From assembly GCA_029009055.1 (NCBI GenBank), contig JAQXJR010000035.1, positions 6,196 to 70,195 of the forward strand: a stretch of DNA of 64,000 nt, given 5' to 3'. Below the pieces are notes generated by a model, which saw only the letters and a list, made by a program, of their open reading frames with translations, did not search any database and was not told where the DNA came from. The DNA comes from Eubacteriales bacterium (lineage in GTDB: Bacteria; Bacillota; Clostridia; Peptostreptococcales; Anaerovoracaceae). Each line of letters opens with the position of its first letter. Within the stretch, counting starts at the first letter, position 1. Of this stretch, positions 47,458 through 56,360 are shown in pieces. A program made the position numbers and the translations under genes.

Positions 47458-47666
47458 CAACTACACCTTCATTCTTTACATAGATTTTTTGCATATTTAG
47501 GTATATTTTAGCATTATAGCCCCACATATACAATAATTATGTCTGCATACATAAAAAAAGAGTTTCGGTTTTTGTCCGAAGCTCCAATTAATTTCTATAG
47601 CAAAACCGCTCGCAGCCTTTATTTCACAGCAAAGCCGCTTGCCGTCTTTCTTTCTAAGTTCACGGC

Positions 47667-48593
47667 TTATAGGGGCTCAGGCCCCATGACTTCTTCCAGC
47701 TCGCCGTCTTCTCGATAAAAGAGCTTCATGCGGAACTTACCGCCTTCGCCCATTACAGTCGGTATGAATTTCCTATCGCCCTCCCACATAGGGATGGAAT
47801 CGAAATCTTCTTTCCTGATCCAGGCCAGGTCACCCTCATCGCACTCTATGAGGCTGCCCGAATATTCTTTGCTGAGGAAAACGTACATCCTCTCGTAATG
47901 ATCGCCCATATAGAAATCTATGACGCCTCGGTATTCCAGGCTGTCTAGGGTAAGGCCCGTCTCTTCCATAACCTCGCGGCGGATGGAATCCTCGGGAGTC
48001 TCGCCCGCCTCCATGTGGCCGCCGACTCCTATCCACTTACCCTCATTCGGGTCGTCCTTCTTCTTAGTCCTGTGGAGCATGAGCCAGTTCTCCCCATCGC
48101 CTATGTAGCACATGACGGTCTGGCTTCTATGGAGCCTAGCGAATAAGCCGGATACAGCCTCGTCTATATCGTTATACGCTGTCTCGAAGTCTCGGGTATA
48201 CCATGGGTCGGCTATATACTTTCCCTTATTCTCTCCCCGGCAGTAGTCAGATAAAAGTCTGATTTTCCTCTGGGGATCGCCGCCGAGTTTTCTCTCCAGG
48301 TGGATAAGGTTTTCCTCATCCATGGCCAGTATGATATCGAAGTCCTCATAATCCCGCCTGGTGAAAAGCCGAGCCCAGTGGTTTCCCAGAGGGACCCCCT
48401 TCTCGGCCAGCTTTCTCTTTGCTGGGGGATAGATGGGATTGCCTATCTCTTCCGTCGTCATGGCGGCTGAATCCACCTCGAACAGGGAATCTTCCCCGGC
48501 CCTGCTCAATTTATCCCGCAAAATGTATTCTGCCATCACGCTTCTGCAGATGTTGCCGTGGCAGACGAATAAGATTTTTATCACTTTTCTCAT
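47667..48593 (-). CDS. Fusion of low-molecular-weight protein-tyrosine phosphatase and MutT-like Nudix hydrolase
   Basis: N-terminal P-loop CHGNICRS and DPWY, then a C-terminal Nudix box GGHMEAGETPEDSIRREVMEETGL, in one uninterrupted frame. Confidence 0.88.
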   Translation of the reverse strand: MRKVIKILFVCHGNICRSVMAEYILRDKLSRAGEDSLFEVDSAAMTTEEIGNPIYPPAKRKLAEKGVPLGNHWARLFTRRDYEDFDIILAMDEENLIHLERKLGGDPQRKIRLLSDYCRGENKGKYIADPWYTRDFETAYNDIDEAVSGLFARLHRSQTVMCYIGDGENWLMLHRTKKKDDPNEGKWIGVGGHMEAGETPEDSIRREVMEETGLTLDSLEYRGVIDFYMGDHYERMYVFLSKEYSGSLIECDEGDLAWIRKEDFDSIPMWEGDRKFIPTVMGEGGKFRMKLFYREDGELEEVMGPEPL

Positions 48594-48634
48594 ATCCTCT
48601 CATAAGTACTGTTTTTCGTCTCAAAGCCTTGTAT

Positions 48635-49960
48635 TTATCTCTTCTTCGAACCCTGTTTCAGATTCACCTCTTTTTCTTTATACCAAGAAATTGAAGAAAT
48701 CACCTCTTCACTGTCTAAGTTGTAATCTTCGAGATCGGACAGATGAATGGCATCTATTATCTCACGTTCTGGAAAACGATCCCTCACATAAGTAAGCGGC
48801 ACCTGGTCCGGAACGATCCCATAAAGCCCTGTGCCTTTAAAACGTTCCAAAATTTCAGCTGCATCGGCCAGATAAACCGGATAAGTTCCCTCCCTGCAAA
48901 TGGTATTGAAAAAACGCACAACCTCATGCGTACGATATTTCCCATTTAAGAACAAATGGAACTTTCCATTTTTATCCAGGTAGACGTCAAAGCTTACATG
49001 GGTTGCATTGCCACCCGGGATAACTTCCCAGGGATGCGAGCCGTTAAATTCCTGTAATTCTCCGGAAAACCACCGCCGAAGTTCCTCTTCCGAATCCGAC
49101 CGGATTTTTGAAAGGCCATCATCCCTACTATCGGAAAGCCGGCGATACAGGTCCACATCATTCATGAAAGAATCATACCGTTCCGGATATGCTTCCCGGT
49201 ATCCCAGCCGGCAGAGTCTGAAAAATTCTCGGCTCGTAAAATGGGGAATTGCGTTTTCATCTTCGGAAAGCATATTAGCGGTATTTTTTTCAAAATCAGC
49301 GATCTCTTCTTCTGACAATCCGTCACGATCATATTCACAAAATTCCGGAACTAACTTCCAAAGCATCTCCCGTGGCATCGTGCCTGTTCTGTATTTAAAA
49401 GGCAACTTCTTCTCAATATCGGAATTATATGTGCCATCTTTCAGCTTCCTTACAGTTTCTTCCACCCGATCCAGGGAATAACGCAGGTACTCTATATAAT
49501 AAGATTCCACATTTTCATACACCTTATCTTCACGCGGATCAAAACGAAGGAACGCCGTGTCCCTGCCGTTATTTACAAGAAAAGCCATATAGCCTTCCTC
49601 TGTCGTGGAAAATGCGCAGTGATACCAGCAGTTGTCGTCCGGGTAATAATACTCCCATAGGTCTTCGTACTCATCCCTGGTTTTTATTTCATCATATTCC
49701 TGTGCGTCTTCCCATGTCTCCCAGTTTTCAATCGGGCCCCTCGGAATCACAATCCATACACATGGATTCGAATTTTGGTCATGATCGATCTTATCAAAAA
49801 TCTGCTGAAGCTCACGCAAAAGATCAACTTCCTGTGAAGTAAGAACCGGAGTGCCATTTGGTTGACGATTTACACCGGTCCTTAGAATCAGCTGATCATA
49901 TTCGGGGGCACACGTAATAGTATTCGTCATTTGTTCATTTAATTTTTCCCCATATGTCAT
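48635..49960 (-). CDS. Hypothetical protein of unknown family (acidic, aromatic-rich) in a lower-GC segment
   Basis: 441-aa ORF with RBS AAGGAG. Codon usage is visibly more AT-rich than in the flanking genes. No recognisable motif. Confidence 0.75.
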   Translation of the reverse strand: MTYGEKLNEQMTNTITCAPEYDQLILRTGVNRQPNGTPVLTSQEVDLLRELQQIFDKIDHDQNSNPCVWIVIPRGPIENWETWEDAQEYDEIKTRDEYEDLWEYYYPDDNCWYHCAFSTTEEGYMAFLVNNGRDTAFLRFDPREDKVYENVESYYIEYLRYSLDRVEETVRKLKDGTYNSDIEKKLPFKYRTGTMPREMLWKLVPEFCEYDRDGLSEEEIADFEKNTANMLSEDENAIPHFTSREFFRLCRLGYREAYPERYDSFMNDVDLYRRLSDSRDDGLSKIRSDSEEELRRWFSGELQEFNGSHPWEVIPGGNATHVSFDVYLDKNGKFHLFLNGKYRTHEVVRFFNTICREGTYPVYLADAAEILERFKGTGLYGIVPDQVPLTYVRDRFPEREIIDAIHLSDLEDYNLDSEEVISSISWYKEKEVNLKQGSKKR

Positions 49961-50407
49961 AGCTGGTCTCCTTATATAACTTTTTTAACTATTTTAAGAT
50001 TACCTGCATCTGTAGATACCAGCAAAAATTTTATCGTAGCACGTCTAATTTCGCAGCGGAACATTTCATCGTATTCATGGTCTTCATGCAACTACTCATA
50101 CCTTCTAATATCCCCGAATAGTTTACCAACTGTTAGTATGAAAACGCATTGTTCTGAAATTCTACATTTGTACCAAAACGCATTGTTTTCCGAATCATTT
50201 TGCGCTATTCGCAGAGAGGAAATGCATCGTGAACACATGGTGACAGTTGGCGAACCGTTTACGACAATTCGCGCTCCTGTCCCTCTGAAAACTTTACATA
50301 CATTTGAAAAAGCCTGTTCGGGTATAATGATACACTTACTTTACAGTAACCTGTTTTTCAAGTTTCTCCGATGGCTGTCGAGAATATACAGGCAGCAGTT
50401 AAACCAA

Positions 50408-51940
50408 ATGAATAGCAGACCACAGCGTAATACCTATTATAAACCTTCCATTGCCGGGCAGATCCTCCCAATGCTCGTCGCGTTTGTTTTTGTCTTATTC
50501 TTTTCTCTGCCCATGATCGAAACAGTAAACGCAAAGCAATTTCAAGGCACTATCATAAAACAAAGTGCCGTAGAATGGCATAATACCGGTAAAGATGACG
50601 ACTCTAAATCCTACTATACGCAGGATGATATCGTCCGAGTAGAGATGGGACATGGTGATTCGATCGAGGTGAGAATCGAAGCCAGAGAAGATAATGAGTC
50701 AAAACTTCCGCAGATGGGTGACACAGTGACTGTTATGCGTTCTCATCAGCTTATCTCGAACAGTGAGGTCTGGCGATTCGGCACTGTAAAAAAAAGAAGC
50801 TCCAATTATATCCTGGGAATCGTTATTCCGGCAGCAATTGCTGTGATATTCTTTCTACGCCTGCTCTCTGTTATCCGTATTCGCAGAAAGATCGATCAGA
50901 TGAATCAAACCGGTTTTATTCCTTACAGGCAGCCTCAGGAATATCGGGAAGATCAGGAATGCAAACCCTTTTCCACGCCTGCAGCCAACCGCATCATGCT
51001 TTCCCGCGACTTTCTTCTGGAGCAGCTGAAGAATAAAAGAAAGCAGTTAAGGATGGTATTCTGTGTCACTGCCGTTATCCTCGCAGCAGATGTCTTATCC
51101 GGCATTCTGGGCAGCCTGCATATATTTATCATTCTGATCTGTATCGCCACAATGTCAGTCTGTACTTTGCAAATTAAAAACGCCTTATATGAATACACCC
51201 TGGTTCGTAATGGGAATTTTAAAATCGTCGAAGATGTCATCACATGGAAGAGGATCGTGGAAGGCACAGACAGTGATGGCGCTACTACCTACCGCAACGT
51301 AATTCATGGAGAGTTCTCCGGTTCACAAACCATTTTCGACAAAAATATTTACCGAAACTGCACTCCGGGGCAGAAGCTCTATGTTGTCTGTCTGATCAAA
51401 CCTGTTATGGATACGGATCTCCATCAGTTTTATGGCTTGTCTGATAGCCGGAATAGATTTGAAAAGTTCAGGCTATACTCTAAAAGTATAATATCTGGAA
51501 AAAGAAACGTCATTGGCTGTTATCCGGAAGGCGTCTACGAGCTCGCTCCGGATCTCGAGCCTTATACAGAGCGTCCGGCTGCCGGAATGGAAATTCCCTA
51601 TGATTATGACAGCTCAGGCGCTATTAATGAAGAAAGAATCCACGGTGATCCTGAAACTACTGAAGCACCATCCCACGGCAATAGCAATACAACGGCGATT
51701 CTAGCCTTGATTGGCCTGGTTCCGGGAATCGTTTTACTTGCATTCGGGACCACCCTGGAATTGAAAGCCCGTGATCTCATTCCCAACAGTGGAAACCCCA
51801 CCTACCATGGTGGAGCCGTTATTTTTCTTGCCTGGGGCGGTATTCAGAGTCTGGTCTTTCTTATTCTCATGCTGGTATCAGCCATTCAAAATAAACACCG
51901 CAGAAAATCGCAGCAGAAAAATCAGACTAACAACTGGTAA
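50408..51940 (+). CDS. Hypothetical multi-module membrane protein
   Basis: Probable start MNSRPQ at 50408 (TATAAT at 50321-50326 lies inside the longer ORF). TM hairpins alternate with soluble beta-rich domains. Confidence 0.65.
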   Translation: MNSRPQRNTYYKPSIAGQILPMLVAFVFVLFFSLPMIETVNAKQFQGTIIKQSAVEWHNTGKDDDSKSYYTQDDIVRVEMGHGDSIEVRIEAREDNESKLPQMGDTVTVMRSHQLISNSEVWRFGTVKKRSSNYILGIVIPAAIAVIFFLRLLSVIRIRRKIDQMNQTGFIPYRQPQEYREDQECKPFSTPAANRIMLSRDFLLEQLKNKRKQLRMVFCVTAVILAADVLSGILGSLHIFIILICIATMSVCTLQIKNALYEYTLVRNGNFKIVEDVITWKRIVEGTDSDGATTYRNVIHGEFSGSQTIFDKNIYRNCTPGQKLYVVCLIKPVMDTDLHQFYGLSDSRNRFEKFRLYSKSIISGKRNVIGCYPEGVYELAPDLEPYTERPAAGMEIPYDYDSSGAINEERIHGDPETTEAPSHGNSNTTAILALIGLVPGIVLLAFGTTLELKARDLIPNSGNPTYHGGAVIFLAWGGIQSLVFLILMLVSAIQNKHRRKSQQKNQTNNW

Positions 51941-51941
51941 A

Positions 51942-52469
51942 TCACTCTTCCCAAGTAGCATATTTCTTAAGAAGCCCGCTGAGTTCCGCAAGTTCCGCCT
52001 CAGAAAGAAGAGTACGGTCTATGAGAAACACAGCCTTATCCTTACGCTGTATGTAAATGAAATGGCTGTGATCCCCCTACTTCTCAACGGAGCTCCATGG
52101 AGTCTCACCCTTCCCCAGCGTTGAGTCAGTAGCGATTCCCTCGTCCGAAAATGTCCAGGTGCCGTATCCGTTTAGATAATCCTTATCCATCCGCTTTACA
52201 TTTCTAAGGATCATCCATACTTGCACCCGTTTCAGCATTATCGCGTATATCAACGCCGCCGTGCCGAATACTATAGCGAAAATAGAATACCCGTCTATTA
52301 TTCCGTTAGCTATCAGCTTATATCCGTTGTAATACAAAACACCCACACATATGATGATCAATATCCGCAAAATCATACGTGTCCTGGCAACAGACTTCTC
52401 ATCCGCCTTGATCTCCGCCAGCGCTCGTCTCATCGCCTCATCATTGTGAAAATTATATACTACCCTCAT
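51942..52469 (-). pseudogene. YcxB family gene interrupted by an in-frame TAG
   Basis: After ...TPWSSVEK the TAG at 52077-52079 is followed in frame by 44 YcxB-like codons (GDHSHFIYIQRKDKAVFLIDRTLLSEAELAELSGLLKKYATWEE) to TGA at 51942-51944. Confidence 0.75.
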
Positions 52470-52541
52470 AATTTCTCTCTTTTACAGTTCTTTACAGTTT
52501 TCATTTTTGGCCCATCCATGATACGCAAGGCCAGCACGGCT

Positions 52542-53741
52542 TTACCGCCTGCCTGACTTATCCCTCAGCCTCTTTTCTATCGCTCTCTTCCCATTCTTAA
52601 GCGCCCATTCTCTCGCCCATTTCTGTACATCCTGTGACGCTTCCTTATGGCTGAGGCTATTCATATATGCCTGACCATAATGCTGAGCCAGCTGTAAAAG
52701 GATCCTCGTTATCTCCATTTGCCGCTCCTTAGGAAGCTCCCTCAGAGACTTTATTATCTGAGGATACGACTTATACCAGTTGGCGTTCATGTCATCCACA
52801 GTCTCATAACCGGTTTCCTCGAACACATCGAATACGTTCTCTATGAACAGATGCCGGTCCTGATCATCCAGCTCGCTCAGCCATGACCTCACAGCCTCAT
52901 CGAACACCAGAGACTCTGACGTCCTGCTGTCGGACTCTATGAAATGGTCACGCATGACCTGCCAGGAAAGGGCGTCGTGCTGAGCCACACCTTTCTCGTC
53001 AGACTTAATGATCCGCATCTCGACGCCGCTGTTCATCAGCACGCCCACCAGGCTGCTCTCCGGTATGAACGTATGGATCCTGTCCCTTATCTTCCCGTAC
53101 TCCTCGCCCTCGGTTATGGCCTTAGTGAAGCCCGGGCCGTCATTATTATATACATCCGTTATCATGTCGCGGATCTCAGGGTCGCAGTAAGCCGCCGCGT
53201 ATACGGCGAAATTTCCACCCTTACTGTGGCCGCCCACCATGATTGGGTAAACGCCGCCCTTCAGGTGATTCATATACTCAGCCGCTTCCCGCTGCCCGGT
53301 CGTCTGATTCATATATGAGAATTCCAGGTTCTCCTTCCAGCCGACTATAGACCCGTCGCTGCCCCTGAAGCAGACATAGACCCTGTTATCCGGGAGGAAA
53401 AACGTGACGGCTGCCATTTGCACATCGAGCTCGTTAGAAATGTGGTTCCTGAACCAGCAGATCCTGGTGTCCTGAAATCTCCGGCTTTCAGCCAATGGAT
53501 CCAGCAGAAGCGGCACCGGTCCCGTGAACGTCTTCCTCTCCGCGACTTCCTTACGGCTATGCAGGCTGAAATATACGTCCCTGAGCTCAGGTATCGTCAA
53601 GGCCTCCCCACTCTCGTCCAGGACCTCATCGAAATCCCCGTACGAAAGCTCCGACAGGACCAGATTATCAACTTCATTAAACGGCGCGTCCTCGAACGGG
53701 AGATCGCCCCTCCATTCCAGGTAATCGTAAAGGTTAGCCAT
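52542..53741 (-). CDS. DUF2974 family alpha/beta hydrolase (lipase-like)
   Basis: YLEWRGDL.F..FNEVD.LVLSELSY, FRGSD.SIVGWKEN, GHSKGG, DGPGF and QHD..SW. Confidence 0.88.
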   Translation of the reverse strand: MANLYDYLEWRGDLPFEDAPFNEVDNLVLSELSYGDFDEVLDESGEALTIPELRDVYFSLHSRKEVAERKTFTGPVPLLLDPLAESRRFQDTRICWFRNHISNELDVQMAAVTFFLPDNRVYVCFRGSDGSIVGWKENLEFSYMNQTTGQREAAEYMNHLKGGVYPIMVGGHSKGGNFAVYAAAYCDPEIRDMITDVYNNDGPGFTKAITEGEEYGKIRDRIHTFIPESSLVGVLMNSGVEMRIIKSDEKGVAQHDALSWQVMRDHFIESDSRTSESLVFDEAVRSWLSELDDQDRHLFIENVFDVFEETGYETVDDMNANWYKSYPQIIKSLRELPKERQMEITRILLQLAQHYGQAYMNSLSHKEASQDVQKWAREWALKNGKRAIEKRLRDKSGRR

Positions 53742-53889
53742 TCTTCTCCTCCAATCTTTCCTACATTATAATCCGCGGGCAGGCTTTAATCCACCGCTTG
53801 AAACCGTGATATAATATAGCAAAGCACACCTGGCGGCTTCGGCTCCGCCAGGACATGGACCCGCGCTTTCACGCAAAGGGGGGATAACA

Positions 53890-54183
53890 ATGGACGTTGG
53901 GACGATATTAGAGGAACTCAGGAAAATGGCAGAAAAGGATCCGGCAGTAAGGGACAGGCTGCTGGCGTCTGAGAAGGCAGATGACCCAATCACGGATTTC
54001 TGCCGTTACGTCCGCGGGCTCGGATTCGAGCTGTACGAAGCTGACCTGGTCTTCAGCGGCGAAGAGATGTACGCTCAGATGAACAGGTCTATTAACGGGG
54101 GCGGCGAGAATCACCCGACACTCCCGGGAAATGACGACTACTACGCCCAGTTCATGGCTGACCTGAAGGAGCTAATGGACTGA
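53890..54183 (+). CDS. Small conserved-looking hypothetical protein with Nif11-like N-terminus
   Basis: 97 aa with RBS AAAGGGGGG. Acidic helical N-terminus, then RSINGGGENHP. Confidence 0.6.
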   Translation: MDVGTILEELRKMAEKDPAVRDRLLASEKADDPITDFCRYVRGLGFELYEADLVFSGEEMYAQMNRSINGGGENHPTLPGNDDYYAQFMADLKELMD

Positions 54184-54212
54184 GGCGATGACGAACTTTG
54201 CCTGCAGGATTT

Positions 54213-54548
54213 GAATCACAATTTCCAGCATTTGTCAAGTTCTATAAAATCGGCGATTTTTTGATTTTTTATAGAATAATTCTATAAAAACAAAAAAACT
54301 TACTTTGGATACAAGCCATCTCTGTGTCGGAATCCAGCACGGTAGATGGCTTTTCCTATATGAGAGGGTCGAATTGCACGATATTCTGAAGAATTGGCGA
54401 CATATTCCGGCATTATAAAACGTCTAATTGCGATATAGAGACCGATGAAAGAGCTTTGGCTAGAAATGTGCCCAAGTACCGCCGGGCAAAAATTATTTTT
54501 TATAGAATAGTTCTATAAAAATCGGCGTTTTCGACTGTTTTTATAGAA
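54213..54548 (-). repeat. Modular repeat / MITE-like segment homologous to the 30-kb cluster
   Basis: A module (26/26 match to 30118-30143) at 54213-54238. Six TTCTATAAAA half-sites form two triplets (54240-54290 and 54496-54548) in inverted arrangement. Confidence 0.8.
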
Positions 54549-54637
54549 TGCGACACTGTGACGTCAATCATAGTTAAGTGTGTCTTGGATGTAGAATTAT
54601 AATTTCCAAAATTCACCAAAACTGTGCCCCTGCTGCA

Positions 54638-55273
54638 TCATTCCTGAACATCTGATTCCGCCAAATCCTCGTCCAGCAGCTCCTCGAGCCTAGCGTGGGT
54701 CGTCTGATAGCCCTCGAACAGAATAGTCTTCATGCCCACATGGTCCGCGGCCTTTATGTTAGCCGGGTTATCGTCCACGAACACGCATTCATCCGGCGAG
54801 AGATCATACTTAGATAAAAGTATCCAATAAATCTTATGGAAAGGCTTTACCAGCCCAGTCGTCCAGGACCAGACGCCGCCATCCATGTGATCGACGAAGT
54901 CCAGGGCTTCCCGGTTACACTTCGTCACGTGCTGGGAGTAATTCGAGAGAAATAAGACCCTATAACCCTTTGCCTTCAATTCTTCCACCCAAGGGATGGC
55001 GAAATCCGTCCTCGTAACACAAGTTCCCACATCGTTAAATGCCGATGTGATCTCATCCTTATAGGCAGGATCCCGGCTGATCATCTCCTCCAGGATCTCA
55101 TCTTCGTTCAGGATCCCCCTGTCCATTTCATTCCAGATATTCGGTCCGCCCCACATAGCCTCATTAACGTGAGACACGGTATCAGGGTCGAACTTTGCTC
55201 CTATATAAGCTTGCCAGTCGAAGCCGACCAGCACTTTACCTATGTCGAAAACGACCGTAGTTATCTTACTCAT
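54638..55273 (-). CDS. HAD family phosphatase (YihX-like)
   Basis: Motif I FDIGKV, LSN, KP and FVDD..N. Confidence 0.88.
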   Translation of the reverse strand: MSKITTVVFDIGKVLVGFDWQAYIGAKFDPDTVSHVNEAMWGGPNIWNEMDRGILNEDEILEEMISRDPAYKDEITSAFNDVGTCVTRTDFAIPWVEELKAKGYRVLFLSNYSQHVTKCNREALDFVDHMDGGVWSWTTGLVKPFHKIYWILLSKYDLSPDECVFVDDNPANIKAADHVGMKTILFEGYQTTHARLEELLDEDLAESDVQE

Positions 55274-56031
55274 TTATCCTCCCCGAAAAACTCCAGTATA
55301 GTGTGAATAGCCATGTCCATGAGCTTAGGGTTCCTGAACGTGTGATCGGCGCCCTCGACCGGCACGAAATTTATGACGTTATTCTCCGCGAAATCCTTTG
55401 AATCGTCGTAGGATACCATGTGGTCATTCGTGCCCTGGATTATCAGCATATCGTCCGCCCAGTCGAAATACTCGCGCTTCGTGACGTCCGCCGCCTTCAG
55501 GTCATCCATGAACTTCTGATCCACCTTCATCTTCCTGTCGAAGCCGACCATTACTTCCTTCCCCTTAGAAAGCTTTACCAGGTCATCGTCCGACACCTTA
55601 GCCCGCATGAGATCGTACATCTTTATGCCCGGGCAGCGGAGAGCGATCTTCGCGAATGGATTTCCCCTCTCGGCTATGTATTCAAGCGTCAGGTAAGCCC
55701 CGAAGCTCACGGAATAATTCAGCAAAGTCTTAGCTTTAAGTTTCTCTTTCGAGTATCTAATCACTAAACCTAGGTATTCCAGGCACTCGCTGAGCTCCAG
55801 CTTCTTCCTGGCGTCCTGGCCGTGGCAGGGCCAATCGAAGCATATGACAGCATCTTTCTTATATTTCGCGGTCTCCTTCTCGGCGAACTTCGAGATGTTA
55901 GGCGCGTCCTTACTGCCTCCGAAGCCATGTGTACAGATGACGACCCTGTCGTATTCCCTGGCATCCTTCTGAGCCTGGATCCAGCAGCGGACAGAATAGC
56001 CCTCTTCATTTATATCGAATTTTTTTAACAT
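55270..56031 (-). CDS. Alpha/beta hydrolase
   Basis: HGFGGSK, FDWPCHG, SVSFGA nucleophile elbow, QGTND and ADH. Confidence 0.8.
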   Translation of the reverse strand: MLKKFDINEEGYSVRCWIQAQKDAREYDRVVICTHGFGGSKDAPNISKFAEKETAKYKKDAVICFDWPCHGQDARKKLELSECLEYLGLVIRYSKEKLKAKTLLNYSVSFGAYLTLEYIAERGNPFAKIALRCPGIKMYDLMRAKVSDDDLVKLSKGKEVMVGFDRKMKVDQKFMDDLKAADVTKREYFDWADDMLIIQGTNDHMVSYDDSKDFAENNVINFVPVEGADHTFRNPKLMDMAIHTILEFFGEDK

Positions 56032-56360
56032 TTGAATTTCTATCCCTTTCCCAATGATTCCCCATATATTTTTTCTTAATACACCTTTTTTATTATATAC
56101 CAGCCGGCTCTATGTTTCACCGTAAAGCTTAAGCGAGCCCCAATTACCCCTATCTTGTGGTATATTATAAAGTGATATGAAGACGGGTACTAAATAGCAG
56201 GAAGTCCCGTAAAGCTTGGGCGCCCACATTCCGTGGCCGGAGGCATAGGAGGCGGGGTTTCTTTGCTCCCAATTTAAGCAATATTTTACAAGGTCTTAAC
56301 AGAAGACTCAGGCGTTTTCGATACAATTAGTAGTGATGATTAAAAGGAGAAAAGCGCTAT

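Noticed and set aside
47458-47666. Glycine riboswitch upstream of the AGCS symporter
   Set aside because: No GGAGA/GAAG/CTCAGG aptamer signatures are seen.
49977-50160. Possible minus-strand gene remnant (..FGDIRRYE*LHEDHEYDEMFRC..)
   Set aside because: Short, with no start, RBS or recognisable homology, so it cannot be supported without a search.
50138-50407. N-terminal 90 codons of the 600-aa ORF
   Set aside because: Non-protein-like sequence containing a TATAAT box and the 13-bp repeats, so it is treated as promoter region.
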